From contig JBPGPT010000006.1 of the NCBI GenBank assembly GCA_051047955.1, positions 310,001 through 374,000 on the forward strand: DNA of 64,000 bases. The letters are read 5' to 3'. Of the stretch, positions 26,221 to 36,822 are shown in pieces; within the stretch, counting starts at the first letter, position 1, and each line of letters begins with the position of its first letter. Under the pieces are notes generated by a model that was not told where the DNA came from, did no database searches, and saw only the letters and a program-made list of their open reading frames with translations. Source of the stretch: Cystobasidiomycetes sp. EMM_F5 (taxonomy: Eukaryota). The position numbers and the translations under genes were made by a program.

Positions 26221-26353
26221 CAGGCACTTTTGGATGAGAACCAAGCAAGAAACAGCGGGATCAACGTGAAGTAATTTAGCACAGGCAAAATAGAGCTCTT
26301 GGGATTTACTTCCACACATCTACTACTACATATTTGGCGTTACCTTCGTATGT

Positions 26354-27461
26354 CTAATTTTTCGGTTTCTGTGGAGAACGCCGCGATGGACTCAGCAACG
26401 GGTCTGATGTGTGACCGTCTTAATTACTCACCCTAGCGACCCATACTGCGGTAGGAAGAATAGACGTACTATTGCGCAGCTCTACCTCCAGCTTCGCTAG
26501 CCGGTCAGCGCGTTCTGCCGAAGTAATGGCTTTGGCTTCTTCCAATTTCTTGTAAATGAAACCGCCCAATGCAAGCCAGGTATCTTGTCCAAGCTGTCTT
26601 CTATGCGTATTGGAAGGTTCATCCGACTCGGCTTCTACAAAAGGAGTCGTTTTGTCTAGCCGCTGTATGTCGGTATATCCTGCTTGAACGAGCAGATCTG
26701 GAAGGAAGTCGAAAAGGTTGACTGTCATGCCATTCTTCAAAGCGGAATTGATCAGCCACTGCCTCCAGTATTTCACCTCCGGATCGCAAGTGGAGCCCAT
26801 CATATCGAACTCAAATAGCTGCAGGTACCCGCCAGGTCGCAGGGCTCGTATGTAGCTCTTTAGAACAAGTTCCTGGTCTTTCCGGAAAGCTACCAGCATA
26901 AGTCGCTGGTTGATCAAGTCGAACTTGTTAGGCCAATCTTGTCCGGCTACAAAGTCGGTAAACAGGTCCAGTTGAAGAGCGTGAACATTTGGCGGTACTT
27001 GAGGGTTTGACAACCGAAAGGTGCTGAGATTGTAGTCTACTGCGTAAAAAGTCGTGGCGAGCGAAGCTTGCTGTGCCATGTCCATGGTCCAGATGCCTTG
27101 CAGGAGTATCAGCATACGAGGCAACAGACAATATCAAAGTCTCACCAGTCCCGCAGCCACCATCTAGAACCATCTTTCCAGGCTTGGCTAGGTCAACTGG
27201 CGCGAACAGCTGGGATTGGCCATCCCAGACGCACTCCTTCACCCAGTGGTACTGGACATTGAGACTGTACAGCTCTCAAGTCAGTACCGTATCGGTTGGA
27301 CTCTGTGGCTCCACCACACCGGTCGGCTTCGACCTTGTCGTCTGACAGGATGTCTAAGATAGTTTAGCAATGGTCGTCAGTCACGATGGGGTTTAGCGGG
27401 ATTCAAGTGAGCGAGACGTGCATCCAAAGTCTTGCTGATCAGCTGCGGACAGGTGGGACAT
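26354..27461 (-). CDS. SAM-dependent methyltransferase (LaeA-like/Methyltransf_23), tandem copy A
   Basis: GYILSDDKVEADRLNVQY, VLDGGCGTGIW, FDLINQRL, ALRPGGYLQLFE, WVAR-KPKN*. First intron is GC-AG. Confidence 0.85.
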
Positions 27462-27930
27462 GATTACGGGTGGGCAGTATTGCAAGGTGAGGGAGGCAGA
27501 GTAGAGCACAGGTGTAGCTCGCTTGCCCCTGTCAGAATAGGCGGCGTGGCAGCTCTGAAGCCGTTGACGATATAAGACGCGATGTCTGTACAACCGCGGA
27601 TGATCAATGCGGGAGTAGCAGCGCAGTGCAGCACGGCAAGGTCCCATTGTGTGCTACAGCTCGCTTAAACTCGTCTGCGGTCTCACAGCTTCGAATCGAT
27701 TCTAGTTTGGCATAATTCCGTCTTGGCTGACTGCTGTCGCAAGCAGCTACGCTGTGAGACTGCCTGCTGAGGGTCCCGCCTCAAGCAAGCTGACTTTAAT
27801 ATTAAGATGCCCAGATTCAGAGTAGATGTGCATTGCGGTGTAGAAGCAAGACCTGACGGCAACGAAAGGCACGGAAACTGTACAATAATCATGAAAATGA
27901 AGGACTTTCAGACTTTCTGTCTTGTGCTCT

Positions 27931-29081
27931 CTAACCCGACGCGGCTGCGTCTACGGGTGTCTGAACACAATGCGAGTGATTAGCATCTGCCATACACATT
28001 TGAATCGGAACACAAGTCTGTGGACGTACCCTTGCAACCCAAACCACGGACTTGAGGACAGACTTACTGCTGGAATTGCGTAATTCTGCGTCCAGCCTCT
28101 TCAGTCTTTCGGTGCGTTCCTCAGATGAAATGGCCTTGGCCTCTTCGAGCTTCTTGTAAACGTATGCGCCCAATTTGTACCAGGCGCTTATTCCAAGCTG
28201 CCTTTTTGTATTGACAGAATCATCGTCCGAACCTCCATCCACGATAGGTGTTTCATTGTTGATTTGCTGAATCTGGGTGAAGCCAACTTTGGCCAGCAGT
28301 TCTGGCACAAATTCTACCACGTCGATGACCATTCCGTTCCGTGCAGCGGAGTTGAACATCCATTGCCGAACGTAGGCCACCTCTGTACCGCAAGTACTGT
28401 TCACCATGTCAAACTCGTATAACTGCAGGTAGGCGCCCGGTCGCAACGCCTTCTGGTGACTTTTGAGCACCTTTTCCCACTGATCTTTACGGAAGGCAAC
28501 GACCATCAATCGCTGATTTATTAGGTCAAACTTGTCATACCATTCTTGCTCAGCTACGAAGTCGGTGAATAGGTCGAGTTGCAATGGATGGACGTTGTTC
28601 GGTAGTTCAGAATTGGAATGTCGAAATGTGCTAAGGTTGTAATCTACGGCGAAAAATGTCGTTTGCGCCGAAGCCTCCTTGGCTATGTCGATGGTCCATA
28701 CACCTGGCAGGAGGGTAGAGTCAGACAAGTAGCTGTATTCGCATGTCATGTAAGTACCGGTCCCGCATCCTGCATCGAGCACTGTTAGATTGGGCTTTTG
28801 TAAGTCGACCGGAGCGAATAATTGCGATTTGCCATCCCAACAACACTCTTTGCACCATGTGTACTGTGCATTCAGCCTGTACAAGTATGTCAGCGGAGAT
28901 GCGGGACACCACTGATATCCAATGACGCACCGTTCAGCTTCGTCCTTGTCGGCGGCGAGAATGTCTATCGAGGACATGTAGAACTTTGCCGTCAGTCGGA
29001 CGATGGCTCAGGTCAAACGAGGCTCTTACATCCAGAATCTGATGACCTGGCGGAGTTGACTGTTTCAGCCTGATGATGCAT
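27931..29081 (-). CDS. SAM-dependent methyltransferase (LaeA-like/Methyltransf_23), tandem copy B
   Basis: Start at 29081 (MHHQAETVNSARSSDSG-YILAADKDEAER-LNAQY), VLDAGCGTGVW, FDLINQRL, ALRPGAYLQLYE. Same intron positions as copy A. Confidence 0.88.
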
Positions 29082-29418
29082 ATCGGAGGTTGGGACGTGA
29101 ACGAGTCAGCTTGAATGGAGACTCGTCAATAGAGAGCCGAGAAGGTCAAAATGTGCCAACGTTAAAGGCTACCGGAACCACTTCGCGGTACTATATAAAT
29201 GTCGCACTTGAAGACACATGACATGGCGCTAGTGTTGACAAGTTGGCATACATCTAGGCGCGCTTCACTGGCGTTAGCAGTGAAAAGCAGTGGTGCACCA
29301 ATCTGCATGTGCTCTCTGCTGCAATGCTTTTAGTTATAATGTTTGGCTGGCGTTTGCATTGCCGTTGTTAAGTGTTTGAAGCGGTCGTCCGTCATGATAA
29401 CCACAATGCTGATACGCA

Positions 29419-31780
29419 ATGCACCGAAAGAAGCCGCAGTCTGGTAAGGCCAAGAAGGAGGAGCTCAAGACTGCTAGAGCCATCAAGGCAGCCCGTGGTT
29501 CCGGTACCGAGCTGCCAGCGCCCAGCAAGCCGAAAGCAGCCCGGAGCCATGTCACGACGAATATTGGCAGAGGTTATCGGCTGATGTCGCCAGATGAGCG
29601 ACGGCTGCACGACTCGCGCAAGTCTGGCCGCAGTGCTCTCGAAAGTCGCTTCATCAAGTTGCCAGCGGACTATGTCGAATACTACAAGAATGAACTCGCT
29701 CAAAAGCCATTCTTACGGCCTGTACAAGCTTCGGTTGCAGTCCTGAGAGAGACTGTTGACGAAGTCGCTCTGACGTGCCCAAAGAGGCCGAAATGGAGAT
29801 ATACAATGTCCAAGAAGGAAGTCGAAAAGGTGAGTCGTGCATGACCTGTATGACGGAGTGCTGAAATATTTCGCAGAACGAAGAGGCAATGTTTGAGAAA
29901 TGGCTTGCGGACACGGACAGCAAGCAGAATTCTACAGAAGATACCGCAAGTGGACAACGTCATGTTGCTGGGTACTTCGAACGGAACCTGGCAGTGTGGC
30001 GACAACTATGGCGAGTAACCGAGGCTTCAGAAATACTCCTCATTCTCCTGGACGTCAGATGTCCTCTTCTCCACTTTCCTCAATCTCTTCGGGACTACAC
30101 TGCAACACTGAAACCTCGCAAGCAGTTTGTCCTGGTGCTCACAAAAGTCGACTTGGTCCCCATGGAAATAGCGCAATCATGGCAGAAATACTTAGAGATG
30201 CGCTACAACTACCCTGTAACAATGGTCGAGTCTTATAAAGAGCGAGCGAAGTCCGCCAGAACTCAAGGTACGGGCCTGCGATATGCTCTTGCACAAAGTC
30301 CAGCTAACATGGTCTGCATACAGGTGTCGGCCCACGATACACTCCTGGTACTTCTGCAGACACGCGAGAAGCTGTTGTGAATGCCGTACAGCAGGCGCAC
30401 GCGGATCTGTCTTCCCCGCCGCCATGGGTCTTGGCAAAACCAGAAAAGGTCGCGGCGTGGAAGCCCAGACTGCGTCAGCGCATCGATTGGCAAGCTTTAC
30501 GCAACGAGCATGTCGTCGTTCCACGACACGCTATTATACCTCGCGCATCAGACTCGCTCATCCCTGGAAAGGCAGAACAACGCAAAGCACGCCGCTTCGA
30601 GAGAGAGATCGATGTAGAACGGAAAGCACGATTACAGACTGCATCAGCTCCTATGTCAGCGAAAGGAAGCGACGGAGAGAATAGTGGCGAGTCAAGTAGT
30701 GGGGAAGATACAGATGACGAGGACGGCGATCATGTGACAGAACCGCCTTTTCTAAGCATTGGTCTAATTGGCCAGCCAAAGTAGGTCATGACTCATATTC
30801 CGCCATGCGTGCTCACACCGCGAATATTTAGCGTTGGCAAATCATCATTGCTCAATGCTCTGCTGAGCAAGAAGGTCGTACGCGTACGTTATCCAACGCT
30901 TTCTGTGCAGCAAAAAGCCGCTTATCAATCATGAACGACAGGCAAGCAGAACTCCGGGAAAAACAAAATCCCTACAAACGATATTTTGGACGCCAGAAGT
31001 ACGACTGGTCGATTGTCCAGGTCTCGTCTTCCCCTCAAGCGTGGGTTTGGAAAGACAAGTCTTGAGCGGCATTTTGCCCATACAGAATGTAAGCAGTATC
31101 GCTTTGCACAGCTTATTCATGCTAGTGACTGACCACCGCATTAGGTCGAATCAGTGATCTATGAACTCGGGCAGATCATGCCATTAGAGAAGGCTTTGAA
31201 TCTTCCTACAGAGCAAGCATTTTCAACAGATAGTCTTTTGTCATCGTATGCTATAGACAGAGGTGAGGATATGCACACTTTGCGAGTAGATAGGAATATA
31301 AGAGCTGAGCCGTTGAGGGCAGGCTATCTGACTGCTAAAGCGGCTCGACCAGACATTTATCGAGCTGGCTCGCTCATCCTGCGCGCTGTCCAGAGCTCTC
31401 AGATCCCTTGGTCATTCCAACCGCCCGAAGTGGCCAGCAGCGTTGATCAGCGACAAGAGGGCGTTTGGCTGAGTGATTGGCAGACGAAGTCGTCTCCGGA
31501 GCATCAACGTAACCTGGGTGAAATCGTGACAGAGACCGAGGGAGACGGTGGAACAACGTCACTTGACGAAAGCACGGAGCTGAGCGCTTCACAACTTTCA
31601 GAAGACGAGGGCGAAGCATCCGATGGCGTGTCAACGAACGGACAATCTCGTCACCATCACGCCGCGACAGGCGGTGTCGGCAGTGCCTTCGCAGCTTTGA
31701 ACATCGAGTCGGGCCAGAGCGATGACGAAGGTAGCGGAGATGACAGCTGTGATAGCCAGAATGCTACTGGTGATACATAG
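29419..31780 (+). CDS. GNL1: Circularly permuted GTPase, GNL1-like (YlqF/YawG family)
   Basis: MHRKKPQSGKAKK, CPKRPKWRYTMSKKEVE, YFERNLAVWRQLWRVTEAS. G4 TKVD precedes G1 GQPNVGKSS, then TPGKT and G3 DCPG. Confidence 0.88.
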
Positions 31781-31872
31781 TGTTGTCATTGAAGACCGTC
31801 ACCGTCTTTGCCGGAAAGATAGTTCTACATGGCGCGCACTACTTGCTCATTAATACGGAATATGAGACTGCT

Positions 31873-33172
31873 TCAGGTCGGCCGCGAGTTTCGTCCGCTA
31901 TCAAGGAATGAGTCGTCGTCATCCTCCTCGTCATCCGCGAGTAGGAACGGTTGCGCAGCCGCTGCGCTAGGGCCGTTTTGACCAGGTGTCGGCGTAGCGG
32001 TCCTGCTAGCTAAGCGACTGTGATTAGCGCTCGCGTCCATACTCGCTCGTGCAGATCCTGTAGTGGCGGTAGAAGCATTGAGGTTTGCGCGTTTCGAGCG
32101 GAGAGCAGACAAATCGCCGCCTGCTGCTCGTCGATCTTCCAGCTCGGCCTCCTCATCGTCTAGATCAAAGTCGAGCGTATATGCCGCATCTGCGGCTGTC
32201 GATAAGTCTATCGCGGGAATTCGCGTGAATATTGAACGACCGGATCTGGGCAATATATCGTCTGTCAACACACAGTATCTGGATACACTAGAGTATAAAT
32301 ACCTTCTCAGGACAATAGCCAGGCGGAAAAACTGGCGGCGACAATAATACGTCAGTCAGCGCGCCATCCATAGTCTCAAGGCACGCACTTGAATGAGATT
32401 TCTTATGACCAAGAGAAAAGTATCAAAGACTTCTTCGCCTTTTGCGGAGCATCCGGAAAAGAAAATGACGAGGACCGTTACGATACAGAATATCATGAGG
32501 ATCTGGAGGCAGAGCAGAAGGTCAGTCAATGTTCGTATACGCAGGGGAGGCAACATTACCAAATCGACAATGTTGAAAACGGATGCCCAGAATTTCTGTG
32601 CAGGTAGTTGAGCTGAATAGCATTCCAAAGCTACTGGGCGCATGTTTGCCTCACCCGCCCGAAAGCCACAAAGCGAATGCAAACTTCCACACTGACAGTC
32701 ATGAAGCCGTCAGATTGTGCACGCATCGCGTCTACCGCTCCACGTACATCATGGCTAGGTTGATGACCAGTTCAAGGAGGTAGAAAGCCAGAGTCGGGCA
32801 GTCCGATAGAAGGCTGAGGATTACGGTCGTGAATGACAGTATGGCCAGAGAGAGGTAGAGCCAGATGTAGAATGAGCTTGTGCGTCGTTTCAATATCACA
32901 TCAGTGCCTCGACATGTCTGGTTTTCGCCGTGGTCCGCCTACGAAAAGACGAAGCGGTTCGCCAGCCCAGATAGGAGCTCATTCCGGCTCAAGTAGTGCT
33001 GAGACCTGACTGGGCTGATATTGTACAATCAGCGACTTAATATCTTGCGAAGTCCTGCCCAAGCTCACGCATTGCCAGCTGCACCTCCGCTGAAAGAATG
33101 TCAAGTCTGCACGTTCAGTCTCGTTGGCCGTGACGTCCATTCTCAACACACTGACCTTAGCGACTCGTCCAT
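31873..33172 (-). CDS. Four-TM voltage-sensor-domain-only membrane protein (Ion_trans S1-S4-like)
   Basis: Nine-exon model: MDESLSGG..GLANRFVFSSFYIWLYLSLAILSFTTVILSLL..FYLLELVINLAMIVEVCIRFVAFGRKFWASVFNIVDLILMIFCIVTVLVIFF..FDTFLLVIRNLIQFFRLAIVLRRSG + acidic tail. Confidence 0.78.
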
Positions 33173-33345
33173 GGTCAGCCTTGCAGCTTTTGCCAGTACT
33201 TTATTCAAGTCGGTCGTCCATCAACGCGTATCAAACAATTTACAACCCTTCTCAGCTTCCAACTCATTGTCAAGAGCTGGACACTCGCTTGGCGAACCTC
33301 CATCCATGATATCGTGCTGACAACCGCAGGCCGAGTACAGACACC

Positions 33346-34644
33346 ATGTCGAGCCATTCCAGGCAGTCTCTAGCAACTCAGCGCACGGCGGCGCGTCAGG
33401 CCGAAGCCAGCGGCAGTCAAAGGCAGAGCAGCGTGAGAAATCAGCGTGGAGTGATACGCGATGAGCAGGACGACGCCGATGAAGAAGATGCAGCCCTCGA
33501 GGAATTGACAGCCCCGCTCGCGAAACCGCAGATTGACGAACAGTACAGACATCAACCGCTAGAAAAGTCGACCGCTGCAGCCAGCCTCAATCGCGTCGTG
33601 AAGGATATGACGGCGACTCTCAAGACTCTAAACGACAGTATGAGTATTCTGGGCGACGCGGCTTGCGACCTGCAAGAAGCGCTCGCCTCACTCGCCGGAG
33701 GGGATGAAGATGACGATGAAGACGCGCCCGTGAGCTAATGCGAATGCACGTGTACTCTTGAATAAATGCTTACATGCTCGTGGGTGCAAAGCAAATACAA
33801 CAGGCGGACCGCGACTTTAGAGCTTTAGTAGACGCGTATGCCGAAACAACGGTTCAAAAGGAAGCTTTGGACGAGATTCGTCACAAAATACAGATAGGCG
33901 ACCCTGTGGTGAGGGAGTATTGATATCGGCGGTTGACTCTGGAAGACATAGGCTGACACGATTACCCCTCCACTATCCAGAGAAACGCGTTGGCAGCGTA
34001 TGAATCGCAAGTCGCGGAGGGTGTTGCAGCATACAAGGAGAAAACAGCACGCCAGAAGTACCTCAATCATGACAGATATAAGGAGTTCCGGGACAGTCTC
34101 TGGGTGGGTAGAGCAACGAATCAAGCTGGCCGAGCTTGTGGCGGCACTTACACACTGCCATTTGCGTATACAGGAAGCCACTGGTAGGAGCGGTCCTAGA
34201 CCAAATCTCAAGACGCTCATTTCGCGTGAAGATGGTGATGAAGAGTCTGATGATGAAGATGTCGAAATTGCCGAGGGTCAACAGAACGTGAAGGATCCGA
34301 TAAGTCTGGTATGGCTTGTCAAGCCTGTCAAGCAGTATGTCGACACATGGGCATTTACATATGACCGTCAACGCCTCGTTGCTAACTTGTATGCTGATAG
34401 CCCCGGATGCAAACATGTTTACTCTCGCGAAAGCATTACCAGCTACATCAAGCAAGGTGTCAACAAGCGCGAGATTGAGTGTCCTGTGACAGGATGCAGC
34501 AAGATTGTAAAACTCGATACGCTCGTGGACGATAAACAGCTGGAGCGACGCGTCCAGGCCAGATTGCGCAGAGAGCAGGATTCCCGACGGCAGGCTAACG
34601 AGTACCAGGATATGGAAGATGACGATGAGGAGGAGGAAGGGTAA
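33346..34644 (+). CDS. NSE2: Smc5/6 SUMO E3 ligase Nse2/Mms21
   Basis: Helical N-terminus, KYLNHDRYKEFRDSLW, SP-RING KDPISLVWLVKPV..CKHVYSRESI..ECPVTGCSK. Confidence 0.85.
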
Positions 34645-34767
34645 TGGGAGAAGTGAGAGGGGACGTGCGCCGGTGGTTCTCGCGCAAGTGATCGTCGTCA
34701 TCATCGTTTGCGACGGCATGGCTGCGCCGCTGTTGTTGTTTACGCACACACCACCCAATGCCATGAT

Positions 34768-36700
34768 ATGGTCAGCTCTTACGGCTATAGCCAGCGACTG
34801 ACTGGCAGCCATTTACTGCTCAATACCGCTGGCTCTGCCGAAGCCGCCGGCCTGTTGGTCGCAGTTGCATCGCTGATAGCGCTGGTCGTTGTCGGCGGCA
34901 TTGCACAGCGCCTGTACGGCATCGTCAACGACACTATGCAGGGCTATGGCCTGCTCGCCTGGCAGCGCAGCAAAAGGACAGGCTTTGCGACTGAATTTCC
35001 CAATCCAAACGGCAGTACATTGCGTAAAGAGCCAGCATACAAATTCGAAGATCTCGAAGGAAGCGACTATACCTATCCTGGACTGCTCAATACGAGCACG
35101 ACATGCTATCTGAACTCCACATTGCAGTCGCTCGCTTCTTCCGCAACCTTCGTGGCATACCTGCAGTCTTTGGTCGACTCTGCGGGCGATGTACCTTTGA
35201 ACGTCGCGAGCACTCTACTGGACCTGCTAAGCCAGATCAATAGCCCCGTCAAGAGGTCTTTCGTCCTCCGTACAGCCGGTTTAGTGCAAAGTCTCCTCAA
35301 TTCATCGTCGAATACAGCGGCATCTCGCAACAGAAAGCGAATCATGCAGGGAAGCGGACAGCAAGACGCGCAAGAGTTCTTTCTCATCCTCACCGAGGCC
35401 GTAGAGGAGGAAAAGAAACTATTGTTCAATGAAATTGAGCGGAAAAGGCAAGATAAAGCCGGCTTCCATCAACTCCTGCTGCCTGATGTGATACTGCAAA
35501 GCTTGACTTCTATTGTGAGCCACTCATTTAGAATATACAAGCATCACCGCCTCTAAGTCGGTGATCTTCACGTTAGGGTACTGATGATATGCTCAAAAAC
35601 CCATACGCCGCCACAATGGCAAACCGGACTAGCTGCATGACATGCGGATACAGCGAGGCCATCCGTCATACTCCCACCGAGCATCTATCGCTTACAGTGC
35701 CGCAAGCAGTGAGCTTTTAATGATTACATCGGCGTAACACGGCTGACTCAGTGTAACAGCGGTCGTGTAGCTTGACAGACATGCTTGCTGACCATGTGAA
35801 GCTCGAAGTAATCGACGAATTTACTTGTCGACGGTGTTCAGTCTTTGCCACGCAAGACAAAGTCCGGCAGCAGGTAGACAGCGTAAAACTGAATTCGAGT
35901 GTTCAAGCAGCATCATCATCGAAAAAGAAGCGCCAGAAAGAGCTACAGAGGTCACTGGCGCGGCTGGACGCCGCTATCGATGCAGCCGACTTTGAGCGAA
36001 ACTTTGCAGATATATTGCCGGTCAAGCTGGAGAGAGCCGTAGGTCCTGCCTCGAAGCAGGCAATGTACGCCATGCCACCCAAGGCATTGGTAATACACCT
36101 GTCTCGTTCATCGTTTGGCGGATACTCTGCTAAAAACAATTGTCAAGTGGGGGAAATTCACTCTCGACATCAACGTCGTCACGCTAACACCGCTTTCAGG
36201 TTAGCTTTCCGGAGTATCTCAATCTAGACCCATATACTACGATTGGTCCGTTGCTAAGCAAGCCAAACGCTTCAATGTCCATGCCACAACTACGAGAAAA
36301 GGGGGAGATGCCAAAGAATGTGTATAGGCTCTGTTCGCTGGTCGTCCACTTTGGCTCTCACTCTTACGGTCACTATGTCACATATCGTCGTCGGCCTACT
36401 CCAGTCGGTGCACTTAGCAAGCAAGCGTCAAAAGACTGGTTCCGTATATCAGATGAGACGGTTCAACGAGCTACCGGCGCAGAAATGTTGACCGCAAATC
36501 CCTTTTTACTCTTCTACGAGCGCATAGACCTGCGTGCTTCGTCAGCGAGTGGCGGCGAATCCTTTAGCGTTTTTGGTCGCATCCTGCATAGTTGGCAAAC
36601 CGGCTCTCCGCCTGCACACCACGGAGGTGATGACACTGTGCCAGTATCTAGCTCTACTAGCCCTATTTTTACAAATCATGCACAATCCCAGGACCCTTAG
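34768..36700 (+). CDS. Ubiquitin-specific protease, USP30/Ubp16-like, N-terminal membrane anchor
   Basis: TM segment LLVAVASLIALVVVGGIA; Cys box GLLNTSTTCYLNSTLQSL; QQDAQEFF; His box VHFGSHSYGHYVTYRR..WFRISDE (Ser at the third triad position, as in USP30). Confidence 0.85.
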
Positions 36701-36822
36701 TACAAGCATCAAGCGATTTCTGAGGTTTTAACAGCATCGCTTAGCTAAATCATATTAAGCAAGAAAACCTATTCATTTCGAGGTCGACCAAGAAGAGACG
36801 AAGGTGTTCAATTATGTATCTG

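Noticed and set aside
34063..34812. 249-aa minus-strand ORF
   Set aside because: Antisense shadow of NSE2 and the USP 5' end. The hydrophobic runs mirror acidic GAR/GAY codons on the plus strand.
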